Shown in pieces: positions 10,178-19,575 of a stretch of DNA of 64,000 bases (its first letter is position 1; each line of letters starts with the position of its first letter). The DNA is taken from IMG/VR virus record IMGVR_UViG_3300032524_000070. One strand, given 5' to 3'. The DNA is from a virus. The position numbers and the translations under genes were made by a program. The notes below the pieces were generated by a model, which worked only from the letters and a program-made list of their open reading frames with translations, made no database searches and had not been told where the DNA came from.

Positions 10178-11468
10178 TTTCCCAGGTGACCGGCTAAATG
10201 CCCGCCACTTGTCGATCTGCAATCCTTCCAGTCGCCCTTCCGTTCCGCCCTGCCTCTGTGGGCACGAGAGCACCAGCCTCACGCAGATGAAGCGGCATCG
10301 CCGTTCCTGCGACATTTGGAAGGGCCGGGACAAGCAGGCCGTTCAGCAGGCCCGTACCGAGTCCACCTTCGAGGACAGGTACGGCGAGGGTGTCACCAAC
10401 GCCCGGCACGTCCCGGAGGCTGAGAAGCGCCGCAAAGCGACGGTGCTGGAGCGGTACGGGGCCGAGAACGTCTTTTGCAAGGACTCGGCGGTGTTCGACC
10501 AGGTGCAGGAGTCACTGGAGGGCAAGAGGCCGGTGCTCAAGGGGGCCGACAATCCGTTTGCCAAGCCCGAGGTCCAGGAGAGGATTCGACAGCACTGGCA
10601 GCGAGAGCACGGGGTTGATGGCCCTCAGCAGGTCCCGGAGATCAGAGCCCGCACGAGGGAGACGAACATCGAGCGGTACGGGGGTGAGCTACTGGCATCC
10701 TCTGAGCTGGCGGCCAAGGCAAGGGAGACGAACCTGGAGAGGTACGGTGACGAGTTCCCGCAACGGGCGGAAGAGGTGAAGGCTAGGACGCAGGAGACAA
10801 ACGATGAGCGGTACGGAGTGCCGTGGACCTCGATGGACCCGGAGGTACGAGCGAAGCAGCTCGCCACGATGGAGGCCCGGTACGGGTCGCACTTCCTCGC
10901 GTCAGATGAGGGCAAAGGCATCGTCCGGGCCGCGATGCTGGAGAGGCACGGGGTCGAGTTCCCTGGTGAGATGGATGGGCACTGGGAGAAGGCTGTCACG
11001 GCCTTCCGCGAGAGGTACGGGGTAGACCACCCACTCCAGGACCCAGAGATTCTTGCCCGTGCTCGTCAAACGTGCATCGACAGGTATGGAACACCGTTCC
11101 CCGGGCTGATGGCAGAAGGACCAAACAGGCTCGAACAGCGGGTGTGGGACATGGCTCCGCAGTTGATGTTCACAGGGGGTGGGTCGTTCTGGCGTCGGCT
11201 CCCCATGCTCAACGCCTACAAGAACCCGGACTTCATCCGGCCCGGCCCGGACCTAGAGCACCCATTCAGAGGGGCTACGAAGATTGTCGAGGTGTTCGGG
11301 GACTACTGGCACGGGCGAATGAAGACAGGTCAGGCTGGGTTCGAGCACGAGCAGGAGTTGATCGATGGCTTCGCGGACATCGGGTTCGAGTGCCTGGTGG
11401 TATGGGAGCATCAGGTGAAGGCTGATCCTGATGATGTCAAGCACCGGATTAGTGCTTTCCTCGTGTAG
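10146..11468 (+). mobile_element. Free-standing homing endonuclease (ERYG repeats + Vsr/DUF559-like nuclease)
   Basis: About 8 xRYG/RHG repeats; PDF...VEVFGDYWHG...CLVVWE; own TTGCCC-17-TAGCGT promoter at 10109..10137. Confidence 0.75.
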
Positions 11469-11512
11469 AGTGCGCGGCCCGCACCGATCCGGTGCTTGCC
11501 AAGGAGGCTTCT

Positions 11513-11758
11513 ATGCCCCGTTCGCTCAAGTTCGCACTGACCGCCCTGTCCATCCTGCTGCTCGGCACCCTGGTTGCCGTGAGCTGCACGGACGACGGTG
11601 ACGACGATGACTCCGCTGTGACCGATGACGACGACTCCGCAGTCGTGGCCGACGACGACGACTCGGCGGGCGACGACGACTCGGCGGGCGACGACGACTC
11701 GGCCCCCAAGGGTGACGATGACGACTCCGGCGGTGATGACGACGACTCAGCCAGGTAG
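11513..11758 (+). CDS. Asp-rich lipoprotein
   Basis: AAGGAGG RBS; signal peptide with VAVSC lipobox; mature part is almost entirely DDD(D)S repeats. Confidence 0.7.
   Translation: MPRSLKFALTALSILLLGTLVAVSCTDDGDDDDSAVTDDDDSAVVADDDDSAGDDDSAGDDDSAPKGDDDDSGGDDDDSAR
11590..11750 (+). repeat. Coding tandem repeat (GACGACGACTCGGCGGGC-like; DDDSAG)
   Basis: About 7 imperfect units. Confidence 0.85.
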
Positions 11759-11762
11759 TCAG

Positions 11763-12137
11763 ATGGTGGTCATCGGCCTCGACATCGACTCGACGGTGGT
11801 GACCCACGCCTACCCCGCGATGGGGGAGGACATCGGAGCCGTCCCCTGGCTCAAGATGGCCCTGGAGAAGTACCCGGTCCTCCGCATCATGCTCTGCACC
11901 ATGCGCAGCGGGGACACGCTGGAGCTGGCGAAGCTCTGGCTGGAGGAGCGGGGAATCCCGGTGTGGGCTCTGAACGCCCACCCGGAGCAGGGGGAGTGGA
12001 CGGAGTCCCCGAAGCCCTACGCCCACTACTACCTGGATGACCGGGCAGTAGGGGTGCCCCTCCGGCCTGACCGCTGCATCGACTGGGAGAAGTACGGCCC
12101 GATGTTGATGGCCGACCTCGAACGGGACCTTGGGTAA
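11763..12137 (+). CDS. HAD-superfamily hydrolase (BT0820-like)
   Basis: IGLDIDSTVV motif I, CTMR motif II, KPYAHYYLDDRA motifs III/IV. Confidence 0.75.
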   Translation: MVVIGLDIDSTVVTHAYPAMGEDIGAVPWLKMALEKYPVLRIMLCTMRSGDTLELAKLWLEERGIPVWALNAHPEQGEWTESPKPYAHYYLDDRAVGVPLRPDRCIDWEKYGPMLMADLERDLG

Positions 12138-12146
12138 GGTGGCTCC

Positions 12147-12458
12147 ATGAACCGCCGCAACGCCCTCAAGTCCATCGCCGCCGCTGCCGGAGGGCTCGCC
12201 CTCATCGGCATCCCCTCTGCCGCTGCTGCCCAGCAGCTCCGCAAGGTCGAGACCCTCGTGTCCGGCGGGTGGGGCGACATCCCGTGGGAGCAGCTCAAGA
12301 AGGGCGACATCTTCCGCCTGGTGAACCCGGACGGGACCATCGCGGACGCGGGCACCGTGCGGGAGGTCAGCATCGTCCGGCAGAAGCCTGAGCGGGTGAG
12401 CGTGGCGAGAGGTACGTGGTTGGTCGTCTGTGACAGCATGACCATCCCCTTGCCCTAG
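12147..12458 (+). CDS. Hypothetical protein with Tat-like signal peptide
   Basis: MNRRNALKSIAAAAGGLALIG. Confidence 0.6.
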   Translation: MNRRNALKSIAAAAGGLALIGIPSAAAAQQLRKVETLVSGGWGDIPWEQLKKGDIFRLVNPDGTIADAGTVREVSIVRQKPERVSVARGTWLVVCDSMTIPLP

Positions 12459-12503
12459 CGTTTCTCGTTTGATTCTGGCACCTTGAAGGGCTGGAGGTGC
12501 CAA

Positions 12504-12731
12504 ATGGCCCACACGACGAGCATCCTGGACACGTATCGAGCCGAAGACCTGTTCCCCACTGTCGGCACGCTGGCGGGTTTCCAGCACCGGCAGAAGATGG
12601 CGAACGACCCGAAGTACCGGGCTGTGCAGCAGCGCAAGGACCGCGTTCCGACGACGCTGCTGGCGAGCCTCGGCAGGCATCCGGCCCCGACGATGAGGGA
12701 AGTGCTGGGGATCGCCATCGGCGGCCACTGA
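12504..12731 (+). CDS. Hypothetical protein
   Basis: GGAGG RBS inside an 8-bp hairpin (12476..12502). Confidence 0.5.
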   Translation: MAHTTSILDTYRAEDLFPTVGTLAGFQHRQKMANDPKYRAVQQRKDRVPTTLLASLGRHPAPTMREVLGIAIGGH

Positions 12732-13054
12732 CCTTCCTGCGGCGGGTCCTCGACTGGGCTGACCAGGGCCGGGAGCACGGCATCCCCACCTGTTGCGGTC
12801 TTCGCTTCGGCCTCGGCATGGAGCGGCCCAAAGTCGGCTGGGTCCTCCCACACCCGATTCTTCGCCCCTGGGTTCGCCTGCATTCGCTGGCGTTGACCCC
12901 ACGACACGCTTTCGCCACCCTCGACCAGCAAGGCTACGTCCCCTGTGAGTACCACCTCGCTCGCTGGGTCCTGACCGGCAAGCGCCCGGACATCCGGCAG
13001 GACGAGTTCCATGAGAAGTGGGACTTCACCAGGCCGGACATCAGCCAGGACTAG
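12728..13054 (+). CDS. Hypothetical protein (GIPTCC motif), start uncertain
   Basis: Plausible coding frame starting at a CTGA overlap. Confidence 0.4.
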   Translation: MTFLRRVLDWADQGREHGIPTCCGLRFGLGMERPKVGWVLPHPILRPWVRLHSLALTPRHAFATLDQQGYVPCEYHLARWVLTGKRPDIRQDEFHEKWDFTRPDISQD

Positions 13055-13120
13055 CCCTTCATTTGACACCCCCCGACTTTCGGGGGATACACTCTCACCG
13101 TCCCGCGAGTAGTCGGGCCG

Positions 13121-13743
13121 ATGGAGGTGTTGTCGATGGAGAAGTACGACCGTGGGATGCAACTCATTGACGCTGGAAGCTCAAACGCTGATGTCGTCAC
13201 AGCCCTGAAGGCCGAATACGGCTCCGGCGTGGGCTCGTCGATCATGGCGCAGTGGCGGGCGACCTCTGAGGACCGCATCGCTGAAGGCATCCGGGCTGCC
13301 CGGAAGGCTACCGAGGATGCCGTGCGGGCATCGAAGTGGGCACTCGTCAAGCAGATGCTCTCCGAGGGGCACTCCGGGTACGCCGCACAGCAGGCGTGCC
13401 TGACCCGCTTCCAGTCCGGCGTCGGCAACGAGACCATCGCAGCTCTGAAGGCAGAGCTGGCAGCAGAGCAAGCGGAACCGCCCGTAGCAGCGCCAGAGCC
13501 GCCCGTGGGGGCGTCGCAGGCCATCGTGCCTGTCGAGCTGCCCCGGAGATGCTGGAGTCCGTGGAGGAGCCCTCGACGGCCCCCGAAGTCGTGGAGCCCG
13601 AGGTGCCGTTCGGCACCTTCATCAGCATCAAGGCCATCCAGTCCTGGATGGCCGACATCAACGCCGAGCACCTGACGCTGACCAGCGACGGGAAGCTCTC
13701 TGTCCTGGTCCGCCACGGGTACGACCTTGGAGGTACCGAATGA
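13121..13743 (+). pseudogene. Frameshifted hypothetical gene (-1 shift near 13541-13544)
   Basis: Frame-2 ORF becomes implausible after VELP; frame 1 continues PEMLESVEEP...GGTE and couples to the next gene. Confidence 0.55.
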
Positions 13744-14141
13744 GCGGCCCCAACCTGAAGAACCTGGACCTCACCAACCTGCGCCTCAAGGCGGTGGTCA
13801 TGTGCTCCTTCACCCGGAGCGAGGCCACGAACCTCAACCTGTTCCGGGAGATGAGCCACTACCCCGGTGACCTCAAGAAGGGCGAGGCGTTCTTGTTCCT
13901 CGCACGGGGCGGGAACCAGGTGGTCTTCGTCTTCCGTGACCCGACCATCGAGTTCGAGGGCCAGCGGGTGGCCCGCAGGGTCATTGACTCCCGGCGGCTC
14001 CGGCTGGATGGGGGGACGTGGAACCCCTACATGCTCCAGAACTACGCCAACGAGATCGGGCTACACCTGGTCGGCATCAAGCGGTTCGAGCAGGTCCACG
14101 ACGAGATGATGGCCGCGAAGCGGAAGAAGCGGACGACCTGA
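13740..14141 (+). CDS. Hypothetical protein, weakly IS66 TnpB/Orf2-like
   Basis: GEAFLFLARGGNQVVFV...RLDGGTW resembles the IS66 accessory protein pattern. Confidence 0.4.
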   Translation: MSGPNLKNLDLTNLRLKAVVMCSFTRSEATNLNLFREMSHYPGDLKKGEAFLFLARGGNQVVFVFRDPTIEFEGQRVARRVIDSRRLRLDGGTWNPYMLQNYANEIGLHLVGIKRFEQVHDEMMAAKRKKRTT

Positions 14142-14431
14142 TGCACTGCCCCCGATGCGGTGAGCCGCTCCAGCAGATCGACCGGACAGAGGACATCGCC
14201 CGGCAGCGGAGGAACCTGACCCTCTGGGAGACACACGAGAAGGGCGATGCCCCTCGGGTGGACGAGTCGGAGCACTGGGCCTGCTTCAATGCTGTGATGG
14301 CCTGTGCCTTCGGCAACGGGGCGGGCAGGACCGTCAAGGACCCCCATCTGGTCAAGCTCTTCGTCCACCACCCGTACCGAGGTACGAACAGTGCCCCCGG
14401 CGACTCGTTCTCGATCTCGTGGATCAAGTAG
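14141..14431 (+). CDS. Small zinc-finger protein
   Basis: MHCPRCG; TGATG coupling. Confidence 0.6.
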   Translation: MHCPRCGEPLQQIDRTEDIARQRRNLTLWETHEKGDAPRVDESEHWACFNAVMACAFGNGAGRTVKDPHLVKLFVHHPYRGTNSAPGDSFSISWIK

Positions 14432-14683
14432 ATGACCGACCCATGGAATGGCCCTCACATGGAGTTCATCCTCCCTCAAAGCCGCCTGTTCGGACGGAAG
14501 GGGGATGTGGTGCCCATCGTGGTTCTCACCCTCCCTCTCAAGCGGCGGCTTCGGTTCCTGCTGGACGGGAAGATCGTGTTCCTGGCTGAGATCGTGGAGG
14601 CGGGGTACGACACGAGAATCAGGTTCGGACAGTTCAGGGTGCGGAACGCCGTGGGCCACATCTGGCGACGCCTGCGAGGGTAG
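14432..14683 (+). CDS. Hypothetical protein
   Basis: Abuts previous stop codon. Confidence 0.45.
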   Translation: MTDPWNGPHMEFILPQSRLFGRKGDVVPIVVLTLPLKRRLRFLLDGKIVFLAEIVEAGYDTRIRFGQFRVRNAVGHIWRRLRG

Positions 14684-14761
14684 TTGTCCTATACGTCGTC
14701 TCTGACAAAGGAGACGTTCCCCCCATGAGCTACAAGCCCCCCTGCTGGTCGCCTTCATCAC

Positions 14762-15244
14762 ATGCGGAAGGTCGCCTTCATCACGCACATCGCCGAGGGC
14801 CAGGAGGAACTCGTCGAGGAGGCGAAGTCTGAGCTGGCTGAGACGGTTCGGCTCCCCAAGTTCGGGAGGGGGAAGGCCCAGGTCCCCGGAGCTGGTGCCC
14901 TAGTCCTGAACAGCTCCGCAGGGCAGCGGTCCACCGACTACCCCACGGTGGTCGAGCGGACGATCTTCGTGCAGGGCATCTCCATCAAGGTGGACGCCCC
15001 GGATGCTTCTGGGGAGTTCACGGTGCTGGTGGACATCAACGGTGGCCACGGCCCCCCGGACGCCGTTGGCAGCTTGCTGGCGGGAGATTCCGAGTCGTTC
15101 AGCATCACGGCGGACTTCGAGCTGGCCAAGGGTGATGGCCTCACGGTGAGGATGATGCGGAAGGATGGTCCCGTCCAGGCATCGGCCTTCAAGGAGATCG
15201 AAGTGCTGCTGGTCCTGGGTCCGGCGAGGAACCCCGGTCCCTAG
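14762..15244 (+). CDS. Hypothetical beta-rich protein
   Basis: Follows late-type motif TAGTT-N3-CTATAC at 14681..14694. Confidence 0.55.
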   Translation: MRKVAFITHIAEGQEELVEEAKSELAETVRLPKFGRGKAQVPGAGALVLNSSAGQRSTDYPTVVERTIFVQGISIKVDAPDASGEFTVLVDINGGHGPPDAVGSLLAGDSESFSITADFELAKGDGLTVRMMRKDGPVQASAFKEIEVLLVLGPARNPGP

Positions 15245-15311
15245 CACTAGGGGGTACGTTTCAATCTCCAGTGGGTAGTCGAGTCAGATTCACCCCTGGA
15301 GATGCTCCCCC

Positions 15312-17786
15312 ATGAAGTTCGCTCTGCACAACTACGCCGGAAAGCCGGTCCGTTTCTTCACCGTGACGCCCCAGGAGGCCACGCCGGACAAGGCGGCTGC
15401 CGCCTTGTCCCCGAGCCATCACATCGCCATCCTCGACGTGAGCGGCTCGATGTGGGGTGACCTCGATGCGGTGAAGAACATCATCGAGAAGGTCTTCACC
15501 GCTGAGGAGTTCAACGACCCCTCCATGAAGATCAGCCTGCTGACGTACTCGTCCCACGGCGACGTGCGGGTCCACTTCCAGCGGGTGACCGTCGAGGACG
15601 TGCTGGCTCCGAACAGCCCCCACCTCGCTGAGATCCGCAACCTGCGGACGCGGGGCCTGACCTGCATCTCCCAGGCGCTCGTCGCCGCAGAGAAGCTGAT
15701 CGACGACTCCGAGGTCACCTGCATCAGCCTCCACACGGACGGCTACGCCAACGACCGCAGCCCCTACACCGAGGCCCAGGTCATCGTGCAGGCCGTCGAG
15801 GCCCTGGAGAAGCACCCCAACGCCTTCTGCAACACGGTTGGCTACCGGAGCTGGTGCGACTTCGCCCTGCTGTCGGCCATCGCCAACCGGCTCTCCGGCA
15901 AGTCGATGCAGGCCAGCAACGCCCGCGAGGTCTACATGGCCCTGCACGACACGCAGACCCTCCTGGCGGGCAGCATGTCCCCCGTCATCGACGCCCCCCT
16001 CAACGGCTTCGACTTCATCACCTTCGTCAGCAAGAAGGCTCGCAAGGTGCTCGGCAGCACCCAGGGCCTCACCGTCCGGGGCCTCTCCGGCGGGGACGAC
16101 GCCATGATCTACCGCTACAAGGAGGTGGACGAGGCGACCTACAACGCCGACAGCGGTGGGGTCTGTGGTGGGGCCGAGGGTCTCGATGCGCTCTACGCCT
16201 ACTGCCGTGCTCAGATCGCGCTGGGGAACCTGAACGCCGCGAAGTACGCGATGGTCAGCACCCGGGTCACGAACCTCATCAACACCCACGCCCGCGCTCT
16301 GGTCGCTGCCGAGGTCGCCGCGATGGCCACCCGCGTCGAGCAGTTCCTCTTCGAGCCGACCACCATCATCCAGTCCGGCGAGTACGGACTGGGCGAGACC
16401 GGCCCCTCGCTGTTGTCGCTGCTCCAGGTGCTCGACGAGTACAAGAGCAGCCTGCGGGTCAACGTCCGGGACATCCAGGCGAGCTACAAGCGGCGGGGCC
16501 TCAAGCGGGTGCCCGGCACCCGTGACGACCAGGGCAACATCGTGCCGCCGACGCACAAGCTCCAGACGCCCCGCGAGAACACGGCGGTCCAGGTGGCCTC
16601 CATCGACATCAACCGCGACACGGCGACGGTGAACATCAAGGTCATCGAGGACGGGAAGCTGATGGAGACGGCCACGGGCAACCCCGTGGAGGAGATCGCG
16701 GGCATCCCCCTCGACCTCAAGAGCTTCCGCAACTACACCCTGGTCGGCGACGGTCAGGTCAACGTGTCGGTCCTGCCCATCAAGACCAACGACAAGCGGT
16801 GCTTCGCGGCCCTCAAGGAGCTGGGTGTCATCACGGCGGACAGCTTCTTCCCGTCCGAGCAGCACGACATCGACATCAGCCAGATGCCGCTGGTGGACTA
16901 CGACCAGGACTTCGCCGGGACCCCCGTGGACACCTTCGACTTCCTGGCCAAGCTCACAGTGCTCCAGAAGCTCCTCGCGGGGCTGACGGCGGGTGAGTCG
17001 GAGTCGCTGACTGCCGAGCAGATCGATGCGCTCAAGGGCTGCTACATCACCCCGGCCCTGTACTTCTCGCCCCCGACGACGACGCCCTACACGGACCTCG
17101 CGGAGGCCCAGGCCAAGGGCGAGGTGGACACCTACCTGTCCTACAAGGTGAAGCTGGGCACCCCCGAGATCACGAACCTCGGCAAGCTCAAGAGCGGCAA
17201 CGCCTACCTCCAGCGGCGGTTCACCCTCACGGACGCGAACGGCGACGAGGTGAAGAAGCCGACCCTCAAGGACTGGTGGGAGGACGGCAGCAAGTGGGCG
17301 GTCAAGGCCCTGTCCGCCAAGACGAAGCTCGACGCCGTGGACGACCTGACGTTCCCCATCTACGAGGACTTCTTCGGCTTCGGTGGTGGTGCTGCCCTCG
17401 CCGAGGTGCTGGGCATGGCCCAGGCCGACACGGATGCGTTCCACGATGCCATCAGCGGCGGACTGGACCGCGACGAGGCGGTGACGGTGTTCAAGGAGGC
17501 GTTGGGGGACGTGAACGCCAGCATCGACCGGACCTACGCCGAGAACATCTGCCCGCTGGCCTTCTACGTCGGTGCCACCGGACTCGTGCCGGACACCCTC
17601 GGGGCGACCGCGATGACCCCGGACCAGCTCGTCGCCAAGTTCCCGACGACCAAGCTGGCCAAGGCCGAGCAGGAGGGCACGTTCTACGAGGTCTCCGGCG
17701 GTCTGCTGCTGGGCGTCTTCGTGAAGGGCGAGCACTTCTCGACTGAGAGCGGGGTCAAGGCCGCGTCCGCCCTCTCCGCGAACTGA
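15312..17786 (+). CDS. vWA (MIDAS) domain protein, 824 aa
   Basis: ILDVSGSM, RGLT and HTDG MIDAS motifs. Confidence 0.8.
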   Translation: MKFALHNYAGKPVRFFTVTPQEATPDKAAAALSPSHHIAILDVSGSMWGDLDAVKNIIEKVFTAEEFNDPSMKISLLTYSSHGDVRVHFQRVTVEDVLAPNSPHLAEIRNLRTRGLTCISQALVAAEKLIDDSEVTCISLHTDGYANDRSPYTEAQVIVQAVEALEKHPNAFCNTVGYRSWCDFALLSAIANRLSGKSMQASNAREVYMALHDTQTLLAGSMSPVIDAPLNGFDFITFVSKKARKVLGSTQGLTVRGLSGGDDAMIYRYKEVDEATYNADSGGVCGGAEGLDALYAYCRAQIALGNLNAAKYAMVSTRVTNLINTHARALVAAEVAAMATRVEQFLFEPTTIIQSGEYGLGETGPSLLSLLQVLDEYKSSLRVNVRDIQASYKRRGLKRVPGTRDDQGNIVPPTHKLQTPRENTAVQVASIDINRDTATVNIKVIEDGKLMETATGNPVEEIAGIPLDLKSFRNYTLVGDGQVNVSVLPIKTNDKRCFAALKELGVITADSFFPSEQHDIDISQMPLVDYDQDFAGTPVDTFDFLAKLTVLQKLLAGLTAGESESLTAEQIDALKGCYITPALYFSPPTTTPYTDLAEAQAKGEVDTYLSYKVKLGTPEITNLGKLKSGNAYLQRRFTLTDANGDEVKKPTLKDWWEDGSKWAVKALSAKTKLDAVDDLTFPIYEDFFGFGGGAALAEVLGMAQADTDAFHDAISGGLDRDEAVTVFKEALGDVNASIDRTYAENICPLAFYVGATGLVPDTLGATAMTPDQLVAKFPTTKLAKAEQEGTFYEVSGGLLLGVFVKGEHFSTESGVKAASALSAN

Positions 17787-18046
17787 TGCAACGGGTAGCG
17801 TGTCTGGGGAGCCGAACCGTCATCGCTGGGGCCTCCCTTGACGAGCTGGATGCAGCCGCCGAGGAGGTCACCTTGATGATCCACACCATCCGGGTTCGCC
17901 AGTCCCTCAAGTGGTGGGGGGCGACCGAGGATGAACGTGAAGAGCTGACACTGGACCTGCTCGCAACGGTCATCCTGGCCTTGCAGGCGGGCGAGGACAT
18001 AGAGGCAGCCGCCTTGGCGACTGTTCAGATGAGGGGGTGGGTGTGA
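17786..18046 (+). CDS. Hypothetical protein
   Basis: TGATG coupling. Confidence 0.5.
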   Translation: MQRVACLGSRTVIAGASLDELDAAAEEVTLMIHTIRVRQSLKWWGATEDEREELTLDLLATVILALQAGEDIEAAALATVQMRGWV

Positions 18047-18576
18047 CTGGATACTGGCTTCTTGTGTGCCACCGGGTCGGGGACTACGTCCTTCAGTCCG
18101 ATTGGATGGCCAGTGAGAAGACGAAGGGGTGGCGGCCCGCAGTAGCCCACGCCACGGTCTACACCTTGCCGTTCATGCTGCTGTTCGGATTCCAGTGGGA
18201 GCCGCTGCTCCTCATTGGTGGGACGCACCTCATCATCGACCACTACCGGCTGGCCCGGTACATCTGCTGGGCGAAGAACATCATCTCCCCGAAGCGGACG
18301 GTGACCTTCACGCCGGACCCCAATGGGCCGTGGCACGAGAGTCCCGTCGATGGGTGCATGGTGGACGACAAGGGCATCTACACCTGTACGCATCACCCTG
18401 AAAAGCGGGCGGTGCGGCAGGAGACGAAGTGGCGGCACCCGTGGTCGGAGTGCTCCGGGACCGGGTACCAGGAGGACAAGCCGCTCTGGCTGACCCTCTG
18501 GCTGATGATCATCACGGACAACGCCATGCACCTCGCCATCAACGGCATCGCATGGGAGATGTGGGGCGCAGGATGA
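18043..18576 (+). CDS. DUF3307-like membrane protein
   Basis: HRVGDYVLQSDWMA, HATVY, THLIIDH and DNAMH motifs. Confidence 0.75.
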   Translation: MTGYWLLVCHRVGDYVLQSDWMASEKTKGWRPAVAHATVYTLPFMLLFGFQWEPLLLIGGTHLIIDHYRLARYICWAKNIISPKRTVTFTPDPNGPWHESPVDGCMVDDKGIYTCTHHPEKRAVRQETKWRHPWSECSGTGYQEDKPLWLTLWLMIITDNAMHLAINGIAWEMWGAG

Positions 18577-18875
18577 GTCGATTCAACGTGGCTGCGGACA
18601 AGGCCGGAGAGGTCTGTGAACGCTTCGGCTGGGACCGTGGCTGGTCGGCCGCTGGGTGCTACCTGCACCTGGAGGTCAGCGAGTTCATCGAGGCCCTGCG
18701 GGGCAAGGGTGACTCGACCCCTCTGGCAGAGGCAGCCGACGTGCTGTTCGTGCTGCTCTCCACGTGCAAGGCCAACGGCCTCGACGTGGGTGATGTGGTC
18801 GCAGCCCTGGACGCCCGCTGCGCTCGGCTCCTGTCCGGGGCCGAGGACGACAAGTACCGCAAGGCCCCGGAATGA
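18573..18875 (+). CDS. MazG-like nucleotide pyrophosphohydrolase
   Basis: LEVSEFIEA...EAADVL all-alpha NTP-PPase motif. Confidence 0.7.
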   Translation: MSRFNVAADKAGEVCERFGWDRGWSAAGCYLHLEVSEFIEALRGKGDSTPLAEAADVLFVLLSTCKANGLDVGDVVAALDARCARLLSGAEDDKYRKAPE

Positions 18876-19573
18876 TCTCGCGGGCAGCCATCAAGCACCT
18901 GATGAAGGTGGGGCTCATCAAGGTGACGCCCGACCCCGTGAAGATCGGGCCGAACTCCATTGACCTGCGGCTCGGGGACACCCTCCGCATCTACCACAGC
19001 ACCGAGAACAGGGTCCCCATCACGGACCCCTACCGCGAGGTGCGCTACTGGGCCATCGACCCGAAGAATCCCCCACCCCTGCTCGACGTGCCGCTGCGGA
19101 AGGACGGTCGGTGGCTGCTCATCCCCGGCCAGTTCTACTTGGGCTGCACCGTGGAAGAGACCTACTGCCGTGGGGTCGTCCCGCACCTTGATGGTCGCTC
19201 GACCTGCGGGCGGCTCTCCATCGAGGCCCACAAGACCGCAGGGGTCGGGGACAACGGCTTCCGGGGCCGGTGGACGTTGGAGATCGAGGTGACAGAGCCG
19301 GTGCTGGTGACGCCGGGTGACCGGCTGTTCCAGATCTACTTCACCCCCGCGTGGGGTGAGGGGCTGGCCTACCTCATCCAGTCGAGGTTCGACGGCACCG
19401 CTGCGTGGTTGAACAAGGACGACCCGAACTACGTGGACATCGGCCCGATGATGCCGGATGGGGAACCCACCGGGACGGCCCCGCTGCTGGAGCTGGACGA
19501 CCTCTACGGGGACGACAGCGGGCACCACTACCAGGGCTCCGAGGTCATCCGGGGGCCATCTCCGCTCGACTAG
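18872..19573 (+). CDS. dcd: dCTP deaminase
   Basis: PNSIDLRLG, GRSTCGRL, HKTAG.GD.GFRG.WTLEI, QIYF. Confidence 0.88.
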   Translation: MISRAAIKHLMKVGLIKVTPDPVKIGPNSIDLRLGDTLRIYHSTENRVPITDPYREVRYWAIDPKNPPPLLDVPLRKDGRWLLIPGQFYLGCTVEETYCRGVVPHLDGRSTCGRLSIEAHKTAGVGDNGFRGRWTLEIEVTEPVLVTPGDRLFQIYFTPAWGEGLAYLIQSRFDGTAAWLNKDDPNYVDIGPMMPDGEPTGTAPLLELDDLYGDDSGHHYQGSEVIRGPSPLD

Positions 19574-19575
19574 GG

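Noticed and set aside
13063-13093. TTGACA...TACACT promoter around a CCCCCGA/TCGGGGG palindrome
   Set aside because: 19-nt spacing is atypical; cannot distinguish promoter, operator or terminator
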